Shown: positions 9,486-18,638, counted from the stretch's first letter. The stretch: DNA of 32,000 bases from Promethearchaeota archaeon (GCA_016933055.1 JAFGBS010000014.1:60001-92000); one strand, 5' to 3'. Translations and numbers: made by a program. The notes: a model not told the origin generated them from the sequence alone.

Positions 9486-11510
9486 ATGGAAAACAAATTG
9501 GAGATATTCTTTCGAAGATTTACTGATAGTGTGATTGATTTTTATGATATTCCAGAAATTGTAAAATTTTTACAAACAGAGATTGAACGAAAGCGTAAAA
9601 TTTATCCATATTGGAAGAAGAAAGTTCGGTTCTCCTATGCAGCCTACCAAAAAACCCATTCATCCGAAAAAAAAACCCCCCCCCAATTGAATTCACACCC
9701 AAGTATATTGCAATATTTTTATCATGACGACCGATTTTCAGAAGATAAACAAATTCCAGATGACAATATTAACAAGATTATTCCATTTGAAGATAATTTA
9801 GAATCTATTCCTTTTTTTAAAAAGAAGAGTTTCGATTTTTTTTCTTATTTTTTCACCGAAATTATGCCATTCGATCAAAAAGAACTCAGTTTAACTCAGT
9901 TTCCTACAAATATTTACAAGGATATTTTCCTTGATTTCCGATATAATTTCTCAGATCCCGAGATTCTCGCAATTTCTCAACTAAAACGACATTATCAATT
10001 ATTAGAAAAGCTCGAAAAAATTATTGAATATTTATTTTCATGTTTCGTACATATTTATGGTATAGAACTGGGTGGGATTATTCCAGAAAATTTTCAGATT
10101 GAGTTAATTTCAGCAGTAAGTCATCTACAAACGACAAATCATATTGATTTTGTAATTACAATACGACAGCGAGAACGTAATTTAAAAGATTTTTTTCTCA
10201 ATTCCCATATTTACCAATTTTCTGAATATTTTGGACAAATACCAAGTACTTTGAAAAATAAACTTAAAATGCAAAAAGATTTAGTATATTTATTTGCCCT
10301 AGAACGCTACTTTACTTTGAAACCAGATATTATTTCTGTATTAGCTCGTGTTTTCAAAAAAAGTATTGCATTGAGACATATAACTCCTATATTAGATATA
10401 CTCAACTTTGTGTTTTCCCGGGTTGAGGATTCCGAATTTGATACTCAGGATATTCTTAAAGAAGTGACCGAAAAGTACACTGATAATCCACAAAAACAAG
10501 CTGCATTTAGGCATTTATTTAATTTTTGTAATAAAAATGCAGTGTTATTTGGGACTTTTCAATCCAATAATCGATCTCAACTGGAAGAGCAATTTAGATT
10601 GTTCTTTTTATATAATTTACAATTTTTTGGAGAAAGGGCAACAATTGGTCAAACTTATCATTCCGACGTAATATTTCTACCAGAAACGTTTAGAACACAG
10701 ATTAATGACTTAGAACAACAATTTCCATTGTTTAAACAATATTTTTGTGTGTTTCAAAACTTTTTGCACGCAGCCTTTGAAATTTCTTCCAATCCAGCAT
10801 TTAGAGTAGTATTCAAGTATATTTTTCGTAATAAGGTAGAAGATATGAATGAAGACTTTTTCTCTGCGTTCATTTCTTCCTTGAATGAAAGATTGTTACA
10901 GGAAATTAAGAGATTGAATGAAAAAATAAATGGAGAAGGAATCAGCTATTCTAATGTGGTTGATTTTATCATAAAAACAATTTATCATTCTGTAAACACT
11001 ATTTTTCTCGCAGATGATCCATTGCAAGCGAGTAAAAATTTCAAAGATTCCATAAGTAGGTATTCTCCTAAGAATATTGCTTTAAGGGCTTTGGAATTAC
11101 TTTTTTTCAAAGAAATACCTTTATCAGATAATAATTGGATGAACTATAATTTAAGTCGAAATAAAGAGAAAGTCATCAATCAATTTCAAGATTATTTGAG
11201 AATACCTAAAGATTATTTCTTTTCTAATAAAAAACTTCTGCACATTAGTATGAAACAGTTCTATTCCATAGAATCAGAAATAGTTCTGGAGAAATGGTTT
11301 GTCAAATATATTATTCTTCCTTTTATCACTTTCACTGATAGGATCTATAAGGAGGTCAAAAAAAAAGGACAGATCCTAACTAAAGACAACATTGTTGCAG
11401 AAATGAACTTTCAAATTTCTCGTGGTATAATAAATACGCAAACTCTGGATTATTTAGAAGTGCTCTGTGAAAAAATGGCTGAATCATTTACTGATGCACT
11501 CACTACCTAG
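9486..11510 (+). CDS. Hypothetical soluble, Phe-rich, mainly helical protein (674 aa)
   Basis: Long uninterrupted ORF with an upstream TATA; no recognisable motif; 3' end overlaps mobB by 8 nt. Confidence 0.8.
   Translation: MENKLEIFFRRFTDSVIDFYDIPEIVKFLQTEIERKRKIYPYWKKKVRFSYAAYQKTHSSEKKTPPQLNSHPSILQYFYHDDRFSEDKQIPDDNINKIIPFEDNLESIPFFKKKSFDFFSYFFTEIMPFDQKELSLTQFPTNIYKDIFLDFRYNFSDPEILAISQLKRHYQLLEKLEKIIEYLFSCFVHIYGIELGGIIPENFQIELISAVSHLQTTNHIDFVITIRQRERNLKDFFLNSHIYQFSEYFGQIPSTLKNKLKMQKDLVYLFALERYFTLKPDIISVLARVFKKSIALRHITPILDILNFVFSRVEDSEFDTQDILKEVTEKYTDNPQKQAAFRHLFNFCNKNAVLFGTFQSNNRSQLEEQFRLFFLYNLQFFGERATIGQTYHSDVIFLPETFRTQINDLEQQFPLFKQYFCVFQNFLHAAFEISSNPAFRVVFKYIFRNKVEDMNEDFFSAFISSLNERLLQEIKRLNEKINGEGISYSNVVDFIIKTIYHSVNTIFLADDPLQASKNFKDSISRYSPKNIALRALELLFFKEIPLSDNNWMNYNLSRNKEKVINQFQDYLRIPKDYFFSNKKLLHISMKQFYSIESEIVLEKWFVKYIILPFITFTDRIYKEVKKKGQILTKDNIVAEMNFQISRGIINTQTLDYLEVLCEKMAESFTDALTT
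9667..9684. repeat. Adjacent A9-C9 homopolymer tract
   Basis: aaaaaaaaaccccccccc inside the 5' part of the 9486 ORF (translated within ...SEKKTPPQL...). Confidence 0.9.
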
Positions 11511-12135
11511 TTTGAAACTCAGTAAATACACTGAAGAATTTTTCAGGATTCTCCTTTATGTTCACTACAGGAATGGTTTCAAGATGAGTTTGATGAAGTT
11601 TATTCAGAAAATCATAATTTTTACGCAGTTGTTCTATCTTTTTTATGGTAGGGTCTCTAAAGTCAGGATTATTTACAAAATACACCCCACTAAAACAGCA
11701 AATCGATTCCATAATTTGTTTTCTTATTGGATTCATAGAAAATTCTTTCATAAGTAAATCTAAATCGTCTAATTCCCGTAGGAAAAGGATTTTAGGATAT
11801 GCATTTTGCCAAAATCCCTCTAAAAAAATATAATTTAGGTTATTACGTATTTTTAAAAGAATCTGAATAGTATCATCTACAGGTAAGGATTTATTGGTAA
11901 TAATAGCAATCTCGTCATTACTATAAGAGATCACCGGATCACCACCCGCTTGCTTCAACCTCCAAGTATCTTTCCCAGGGTGGTCAATTGTGAACTTCTC
12001 CTTATGAATGTTTTTTATCACGGCCGAAGAAAATTGTCTTGAGGTCAGGTAACGAAGTAATGATTCGAGTGAGGTTGTTTTCCCAGAATTTGAATATCCT
12101 TTTAATGCAATTATGCGGGGTGTTCCATTATTCAT
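11503..12135 (-). CDS. mobB: Molybdopterin-guanine dinucleotide biosynthesis protein B
   Basis: P-loop GYSNSGKTT; VIK-x-H; DHPGKDTWRLKQAG; IFLEGF. Confidence 0.9.
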   Translation of the reverse strand: MNNGTPRIIALKGYSNSGKTTSLESLLRYLTSRQFSSAVIKNIHKEKFTIDHPGKDTWRLKQAGGDPVISYSNDEIAIITNKSLPVDDTIQILLKIRNNLNYIFLEGFWQNAYPKILFLRELDDLDLLMKEFSMNPIRKQIMESICCFSGVYFVNNPDFRDPTIKKIEQLRKNYDFLNKLHQTHLETIPVVNIKENPEKFFSVFTEFQTR

Positions 12136-12166
12136 TGCTATTAAATAACATTAGAATATATTTAAT

Positions 12167-12193
12167 GGGATAGGTTCTTCCTTTACCTATTCC
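12167..12193. promoter_or_regulatory. Inverted repeat in the divergent mobB/moaB promoter
   Basis: GGGATAGGT-N9-ACCTATTCC (8 of 9 Watson-Crick pairs plus one G-T), next to TATA-like ATATATTTAA. Confidence 0.4.
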
Positions 12194-12209
12194 AAATTAA
12201 AGTGATTTA

Positions 12210-12794
12210 ATGGTGAAATCAAAAGCAAAACGTGAACATCTGATTGATTGTCCCAAACAAGTAAATATCGGATTAATTATCGTCTCTACATCAAGAACTC
12301 GGGAAATCCGTAATAATTTACCTTGTACAGATCAAAACATACCGTTAATGAAAGAAATTCTTTCACGACCGATTGAATTGGATGTAGATACTACCTACAA
12401 TATATCCTTTGCCACAATCATTCCTGACGATGCGGATGAAATCTTAACTATCATGCGAAAACATACTCACCTTGATTCAAAGACTCATGTATTGATTTTT
12501 TCAGGAGGTACTGGAATTACTAAAAAAGATATAACCATTGAAACTCTAACACCTTTTTTTAATAAAGAAATTCCTGGATTTGGGGAGTTATTTCGATTTT
12601 TGAGTTATCAAGACGTTGGAAATTCTACAATATTATCCCGTGCAACTGCAGGCATAATAAGCAATGTGGTAGTATTTTTAATTCCAGGTTCTAAGAACGC
12701 GGTAAAAATTGCTCTTGAACAAATAATTGCACCTGAATTACCTCATGTTTTATCTGAAATATATCGAGAAATACGTAGGGAAACTAGGGATTGA
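12210..12794 (+). CDS. moaB: Molybdenum cofactor biosynthesis protein MoaB/MogA (molybdopterin adenylyltransferase)
   Basis: SGGTGITKKDIT; IPGFGELFR; ILSRATAG; FLIPGS. Confidence 0.92.
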   Translation: MVKSKAKREHLIDCPKQVNIGLIIVSTSRTREIRNNLPCTDQNIPLMKEILSRPIELDVDTTYNISFATIIPDDADEILTIMRKHTHLDSKTHVLIFSGGTGITKKDITIETLTPFFNKEIPGFGELFRFLSYQDVGNSTILSRATAGIISNVVVFLIPGSKNAVKIALEQIIAPELPHVLSEIYREIRRETRD

Positions 12795-12797
12795 TAT

Positions 12798-13121
12798 ATG
12801 TATAATGTTATTATTATTTTTTTTGCGGGAATACGAGAAATTACTCAAACAAAAGAAATTCGAGTGGAATTCGAACAAGGGGATTTAACCTTGCAAGACA
12901 TAATTATATATCTGATTGAGAAATATAAAAAATTAAGAGAGATCTTATTTAAGGGGGTTCCATCGAGTCAAGTTGAAGCATATTTAGGTAAGAAAATTGA
13001 TTTTCAAATTACCCAAGTCAAATTTGCTATCAATCGGAAAATCACCACTCAATCCTCACAAAAAGTGACAATTTCAGATGGAGATGTCATTGCTATGTTC
13101 CTACCTCTAATTGGAGGATAA
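12798..13121 (+). CDS. moaD: MoaD/SAMP-like ubiquitin-like sulfur carrier
   Basis: FFAGIREI at the N-terminus; FAIN; ISDGDVIAMFLPLIGG with C-terminal diglycine; adjacent to moaB. Confidence 0.85.
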   Translation: MYNVIIIFFAGIREITQTKEIRVEFEQGDLTLQDIIIYLIEKYKKLREILFKGVPSSQVEAYLGKKIDFQITQVKFAINRKITTQSSQKVTISDGDVIAMFLPLIGG

Positions 13122-13147
13122 ATGCAACACCACATTGAGGTTTATCT

Positions 13148-15196
13148 ATGACAAAGAAACAATCCACTTTTAATACGTTTATTTTTGATGCCAACTTTTT
13201 CATTACGCTGAAGCATGTGAAGGCAAAAAATTATTTAGACCGTTTATTGGATGTCAGAGATGAGTTAAAAATCAAATTTTATACTTCTAAGCAAGTCTAT
13301 GATGAGATTTTATTCGTTCATCAAGAACCTGAAAAATCAAAATTCACTAACCTTGTAAAGATTACTAATGTATCTGAAGAAGAAATATTATTTGTCAAAC
13401 GAGATCTGTCTAACTTGGGAATTAATGAACCCAGACATGCTCAAGATCCAGATCTATCACTAGTAAGCTTGTCTCGTAAAATCCGTAATCCTAATACGAA
13501 AGTGTGCATTGTAAGTGATGATTACAAGCTCAACGATAATGTGAAATTATTAGAAAGTGTCGGAACCCGTAATTATGACATGGAATTCTGGCCAATCTCA
13601 GCATTTTTACTGTACCTAACCCGAACTACCGGAAGGACTGATTTACAAGACTATTACAAAAAGGTTCGGGATAAAACCTTGAAAAATCGATTAGCCTACT
13701 ACCTACAAAAACATAGTTCCAAGCAATATAACGTTCAGAACAAGCTGATGTGGTTAATTGAGAAAGCAATATCCGTAACAGAGGAGGGAGGTTTTAAATT
13801 AACTGGACTGAAACAACAATATGATTCTACTAAAGAAGGCTCCCTTTCTCCTGTTATATCCGATACTTTTTGCAATGAGATTGATGATAAAAGTTCCGAA
13901 ATACTGCAAATTAGTTCCAAATATATTCAAAAACTAAAAATATCCTCAACGGACCTCGAAAAAGTCGCTATGATGATTCCATTGTTGAATGAAATAATAG
14001 AGGGAAGAGAATATATAAAAATTGCAAAATCCTCTCTCAAAGACGATTATGATGCAATAGGCACTTTACGTATTGCAAAGGACAATTTGATGTATACTCT
14101 CCAAAAAGCTGCATCTGTTTTGAATAAACATCATTATGATATATTTCAAAAATTAGTATGTTCAGAATTGAGTAAGTGCGAGTTCCTTCGAGCATTCTTA
14201 TTTATTGGGACCGGTGACATTAATGCAGCATTGGAAGCGTTAGATGCTACTGCGATGTTTGCTACAATGGCTAATATATCAAATACAGTTTTATCAATTA
14301 ACTACCTTAAAGCATTAATATATTTATTTAATCAATTTTACATCGAAAGTATCGATCAATTCTATTTTACTCACAATCTTGCTGTTAATTATTCTGCACC
14401 TCCATTATTGGAATTAAAATGCGAGATTGGACATGCAATCGCTCAATTTTTGTCAGGATTAGAGGCAGAGGCATTAGATTCGATTGATAATATCAGTAAT
14501 AGTATAGAAAAAGGTAATCTGGAAGACGCATTAATTGTATTTCAAGAATTGGGAGACTATTTTTATGCAATGGCTAATCCTCGTATCGCTATTACATTGT
14601 ATGATGAGGCTCTCGAATGTGCTGTAGATGACACAAAATTAGAATGGCGCATTGAAATCATTTTAGATAAACTAAAGAGAGCCTATATGAATGCCTTATT
14701 AGAATCGAGTACAAATATCGAATCGCCTACAAATATTGACTCAATAATAAACCATGTGTACAAATTGAAAAATATAAATCGTTATAATCAAGAAATTGCC
14801 AAGTTGTCACGATTTCATCAGATATTTTATGAGGATTTTCCTATTTACACAAGCGGTAGTACCAAAGTCTCATATTTCGATATTGATGAGAGCATTCGGG
14901 AATCGTTTGATGTAGTGGACATTCTTAAAGATGAAAAATCTTCCAATACTGTACTGATTGCGTACAATAAAGAAATAGGTCTGATCGGATTTCGAATAAA
15001 TTTGGATAAACAATTACAAGGAATCCCCGAAAATTATACCACAAGACTTACAAAAAAGGCGAAAGTACGTATTTTAAAACCTTCTGATGCTCTTAAAACG
15101 AAGTATCTTATCCGTGCGTTAATTTGTGTAGATGATCCATCTCATTTATACATTAATCGTAACATTCCCGTATTTTTTGCACAAATGAATATATAA
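13148..15196 (+). CDS. PIN-domain protein fused to a TPR-like solenoid and an uncharacterised C-terminal domain
   Basis: PIN acidic residues D14 (FIFDANF), E53, D102, D124/D125 (IVSDDYKL); TPR-like helices such as ELGDYFYAMANPRIAITLYDEALE. Confidence 0.7.
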   Translation: MTKKQSTFNTFIFDANFFITLKHVKAKNYLDRLLDVRDELKIKFYTSKQVYDEILFVHQEPEKSKFTNLVKITNVSEEEILFVKRDLSNLGINEPRHAQDPDLSLVSLSRKIRNPNTKVCIVSDDYKLNDNVKLLESVGTRNYDMEFWPISAFLLYLTRTTGRTDLQDYYKKVRDKTLKNRLAYYLQKHSSKQYNVQNKLMWLIEKAISVTEEGGFKLTGLKQQYDSTKEGSLSPVISDTFCNEIDDKSSEILQISSKYIQKLKISSTDLEKVAMMIPLLNEIIEGREYIKIAKSSLKDDYDAIGTLRIAKDNLMYTLQKAASVLNKHHYDIFQKLVCSELSKCEFLRAFLFIGTGDINAALEALDATAMFATMANISNTVLSINYLKALIYLFNQFYIESIDQFYFTHNLAVNYSAPPLLELKCEIGHAIAQFLSGLEAEALDSIDNISNSIEKGNLEDALIVFQELGDYFYAMANPRIAITLYDEALECAVDDTKLEWRIEIILDKLKRAYMNALLESSTNIESPTNIDSIINHVYKLKNINRYNQEIAKLSRFHQIFYEDFPIYTSGSTKVSYFDIDESIRESFDVVDILKDEKSSNTVLIAYNKEIGLIGFRINLDKQLQGIPENYTTRLTKKAKVRILKPSDALKTKYLIRALICVDDPSHLYINRNIPVFFAQMNI

Positions 15197-15200
15197 AAAT

Positions 15201-16583
15201 TTATTTTTTCTTTCTTCCTTTTTTCATCTTCTTTCCCAATGAACCTAATTTATTTATCGGATTATTTGTATCAAGATTTTTTTTTGCTTGAAAAAGAGAG
15301 CTAAGTTCATTTAATATTGTTAATCGTATATCAGAAGCTTGCGAAGAGGACTCAATTTCAGATTCCTCAGCAGAAGGTTTGGTATATATAATTGAAGGAA
15401 CTTTAATTTCCTCCATACTCTCCTTTCGAACATGTCTAGAAGATGAAGTCTCAGGTAAAGGTAATATTCCTGCTTCTAATTTTGTCTCTAAATCATTGAT
15501 TCGTTGATTTAATGCTGAAATTTGCTCACCTAACGAATTTGCCAGAGTAACAACAGCATTTAGGGTTGAATCTAAAATATCTCCCATCCCTTCTACCTTT
15601 CGGATTAGGGGATTATTTAAAGATTCTTTATCGCTAAGTACATCCTTAATAAATCGGGAAAACTTAGGTTCAGAAGTGAAGAAATTGTAAATACTTGTGC
15701 TGTAAATATCATATTCAAAATCATAATTTGATAAGTGATAATTGAGCTTATCGGCAACATATTCAGAATTGAGTTGAAAATCAGGATCCAAAAGAATATC
15801 TGGGTCTGCCTTGTGCATAAATGCTAAGATGTAAACATTTTCTCCTAATAGGCGAATTACCTCCAGTATTTCGATCAAATATTCAAAAGATTCATTGTAT
15901 CTTTCGGGATCTTGCATATCTAAAACATAAATAAGCAAATCTGTGCCAACGAAATAGGCTTCTGGTTTCGCTAGATAATCTTTTCGATATTCTTCTTGAC
16001 CTCCAAAATCCCATATGAATAAATCTAAATTGGTAGTAGAAATACGTTTTCGTTCTATTCTTTTTGTAGGTTTTAATTTTCCGAGTTCACTAATTCCTAG
16101 TTTCCCACCTAAGCCGGAGAGTATAGCTGTCTTACCCGCGTTGTCTAATCCGACACAAATTACTTTCGTATCCCGTTTTTTTGTATATGTTTTTCTTTTG
16201 GACCAAGATCTCTTTATCATACCGGCAACGGCTACGTGATTTCGAAATTTTTCCAAGTCTGGAATTCCTTCCTTCACTTGATCCTTTATTATCTTAACTT
16301 TTTTTTCATATCTTTTGGGATCAATTCCCTTTTCTATACTGGGTAAAAGATGTTCGATGGGATTGTTAGGATTAAGTTCTGCCAGCTCCTCAATAGAATT
16401 TACTCGAAAGATGTCATGAATTTGAGCCGCTTCAATTTTATCAATATTTTTAAGAGCTGTAATGGGTAATTCCAATATTTCTTTAATACTTGTAAACTGT
16501 TCTGGGGTATATTTCAACTCCGGTTTAATAAATCTTGATATAATATGAGAGATCAGCAGTGTCTCTCCCTTTCTTTTAGCCAT
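15201..16583 (-). CDS. Arf/Rag-like small GTPase with ~135-aa N-terminal domain and coiled-coil/polybasic C-terminal tail
   Basis: G1 GLDNAGKT; G2 KPT; G3 WDFGGQ; G4 HKAD; G5 STSIY; upstream AGGAG. Confidence 0.88.
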   Translation of the reverse strand: MAKRKGETLLISHIISRFIKPELKYTPEQFTSIKEILELPITALKNIDKIEAAQIHDIFRVNSIEELAELNPNNPIEHLLPSIEKGIDPKRYEKKVKIIKDQVKEGIPDLEKFRNHVAVAGMIKRSWSKRKTYTKKRDTKVICVGLDNAGKTAILSGLGGKLGISELGKLKPTKRIERKRISTTNLDLFIWDFGGQEEYRKDYLAKPEAYFVGTDLLIYVLDMQDPERYNESFEYLIEILEVIRLLGENVYILAFMHKADPDILLDPDFQLNSEYVADKLNYHLSNYDFEYDIYSTSIYNFFTSEPKFSRFIKDVLSDKESLNNPLIRKVEGMGDILDSTLNAVVTLANSLGEQISALNQRINDLETKLEAGILPLPETSSSRHVRKESMEEIKVPSIIYTKPSAEESEIESSSQASDIRLTILNELSSLFQAKKNLDTNNPINKLGSLGKKMKKGRKKK

Positions 16584-16610
16584 ATCTGATACTCCTGTTT
16601 TTTGCTCCAG

Positions 16611-16649
16611 TTCATGAAAATAGGATCTTACGGTCGGATTTCATGAAAT
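16611..16649. repeat. Two related palindromes in the divergent intergenic region
   Basis: TTCATGAA (16611-16618) and perfect 12-bp ATTTCATGAAAT (16638-16649), centres 29 bp apart. Confidence 0.45.
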
Positions 16650-16761
16650 ATACTATTACATAATATAAATTACACCTAAATTTTATTTTTCACATAGTCA
16701 TTGAGAAGGTGTATTCATTTATAACCGATCATTTGTTTTGTAAACTTGATTTAATGGTATT

Positions 16762-17715
16762 GTGAATATCATGGCTTTACAGATTGAATTTTACTTTTAC
16801 ATCATTGCATCTATTATAATTCTCGTTGGTTTTCCTTTTCTGGGTAGATTGTTATATTTAATCAAGAACAGATTGGGAAGAGTATTAAGTATATATTTTC
16901 TTGGTGTTGCCGGATTTTTTGCATTGAACATGATACTTTCTGATGAAATTAATATAAGATATTCAGTAGAAATTTTCAATCAATTAAAAGGTGTCAAAAT
17001 AGTTTATATTATTTCTCTTATCCTATATTTTCTCGGAGGTTTCGGCTTTTTCGGAAGTCTTGCAGAAAGGAGTATGGAGAGACTTGAAGAAATCCATCTT
17101 TTATCCACATTGGAGCGAAGACGATCGTGGATTAAGCAATATTTTTTGTATGTAATTTATGGATATGTGTTTGCGTTTTCAGTGTATGCACTTACCCGTA
17201 TTTTACTTATTATACTGGGAGTGTCTTACAAATTCGTTTGGCAACAAAAAATGTACACTATTTTGGGTTTTGAGAGTGTGATTTTAGTGTTGATAGGTGC
17301 ATCATTATTTCTCTTGAAAAGTTTTAATTATGGTTTCTTCTCTCGTGAGTATTGGAAAAATCCAGGTTTCGTTGAATCAGAAGACAATGCATGGCGCCTT
17401 TTACGAAAACTTTTCATTATTTTCTTATACGTGTGGGCTGTGTATATCGCATCGATATTATTTTTTGTTCAGATTTTTAAATTAGAGACATCCTTATTTA
17501 CCAGTATCCAATTAACCTATGAAACGGCTCAACCGATTATCCATTCTCTTCAGTTCGTTTTTTATATTACTACCACAATGCAGGCTTTGTATTTTTTTAC
17601 TCACATCTATAAATTGGTTAGCCCCTTGAAATCAGCGGATCCAAACTATAAGAAAAAAGTGGATGAAAGTATCAAAATCGATTTAGATGACGATGATGAT
17701 GAAATTAAATTTTAA
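16762..17715 (+). CDS. Hypothetical polytopic membrane protein (about 7-8 TM) with acidic C-terminal tail
   Basis: Multiple hydrophobic segments; ends DLDDDDDEIKF; same strand and 31 nt upstream of the ABC ATPase. Confidence 0.8.
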   Translation: MNIMALQIEFYFYIIASIIILVGFPFLGRLLYLIKNRLGRVLSIYFLGVAGFFALNMILSDEINIRYSVEIFNQLKGVKIVYIISLILYFLGGFGFFGSLAERSMERLEEIHLLSTLERRRSWIKQYFLYVIYGYVFAFSVYALTRILLIILGVSYKFVWQQKMYTILGFESVILVLIGASLFLLKSFNYGFFSREYWKNPGFVESEDNAWRLLRKLFIIFLYVWAVYIASILFFVQIFKLETSLFTSIQLTYETAQPIIHSLQFVFYITTTMQALYFFTHIYKLVSPLKSADPNYKKKVDESIKIDLDDDDDEIKF

Positions 17716-17746
17716 TGGTTAATACCACAGAATTTAAAATAAGTAT

Positions 17747-18631
17747 GTGACTCACAAAGGCATGGAAGAAGACGCAGAGATCTCTGAAATTCGTCCTTCT
17801 GACTCCGATTATACACTCAAACGTGAAATTATTCGATGTAACAACATAACTAAGGAATTTGAAATAGGAGAATATGTTGTTCTTGCTTTAGATTCTATTT
17901 CCTTTGAAGTATATCGCGGGGAATTTATTGTATTTCAAGGTCCAAGTGGGGCAGGAAAGTCAACCCTTCTTTCTTTACTCGGTGGATTAGATTCTCCATC
18001 TAAAGGGGAGATTTTTATCGAATGGGTCAAAATATCTGATCTTTCTGAGGAATCTATGTCCGTATTCCGAGCTGGCACAATTGGATTCATCTTTCAAAAT
18101 TATAATCTCATATCTTCCCTTACCGCAGAAGAAAATATCTTATTTCCAATGCAACTCACTGGAATGGAACCCTCCATACAAGAACAACGGGTGCATATGC
18201 TGCTTGAAAAAATTAATCTTCAAGAAAGAACCGAACACTTGCCTTTTCAATTAAGTTCTGGGGAACAGCAACGTGTTGGAATTGCACGTGCCATGGCAAA
18301 TGACCCTACAATCATACTCGCAGACGAACCTACTGCGAATTTAGATAAAAGAAGTAGTAAGATAATAGCTGAGCTGTTTTCAGACATGAGTCAGGAGGGA
18401 AAGACAATTATAATTGCAACTCATGATGATAAACTCATTGAACAAGCAAATCGTGTATTCACTATTGAAGATGGCAAAATTGTTGCAGAAAAGAAGCAAA
18501 AAGAAGCTCCGGATTTTGAAACAATACCCATTCCTACTGCTTATCGAAAATGTCCTAATTGTAATAAATTAATTCTTCCAGGTTTAAAATCGTGCAGCTT
18601 TTGTGGAGTAGTTTTACCTAAAAAGGAATAG
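17747..18631 (+). CDS. LolD/MacB/FtsE-type ABC ATPase with C-terminal zinc ribbon (GTG start; alternative ATG 17762)
   Basis: GPSGAGKST; IGFIFQNYNLI; LSSGEQQRVGIARA; ILADEPTANLD; ATHD; terminal CPNC-x10-CSFC. Confidence 0.92.
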   Translation: MTHKGMEEDAEISEIRPSDSDYTLKREIIRCNNITKEFEIGEYVVLALDSISFEVYRGEFIVFQGPSGAGKSTLLSLLGGLDSPSKGEIFIEWVKISDLSEESMSVFRAGTIGFIFQNYNLISSLTAEENILFPMQLTGMEPSIQEQRVHMLLEKINLQERTEHLPFQLSSGEQQRVGIARAMANDPTIILADEPTANLDKRSSKIIAELFSDMSQEGKTIIIATHDDKLIEQANRVFTIEDGKIVAEKKQKEAPDFETIPIPTAYRKCPNCNKLILPGLKSCSFCGVVLPKKE

Positions 18632-18638
18632 AATCAAT

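Noticed and set aside
12792-12800. moaB and moaD are in the same frame, separated only by TGA-TAT; UGA/Sec readthrough would give a MoaB-MoaD fusion
   Set aside because: In-frame adjacency has about a 1-in-3 chance; both genes are complete alone; the position is a non-catalytic linker; no SECIS-like element recognised
16560-16644. Two short minus-strand uORFs chained by an ATGA overlap upstream of the GTPase
   Set aside because: Their ATGs are simply the TCATGA palindrome cores; no coding signal, and the GTPase has its own AGGAG
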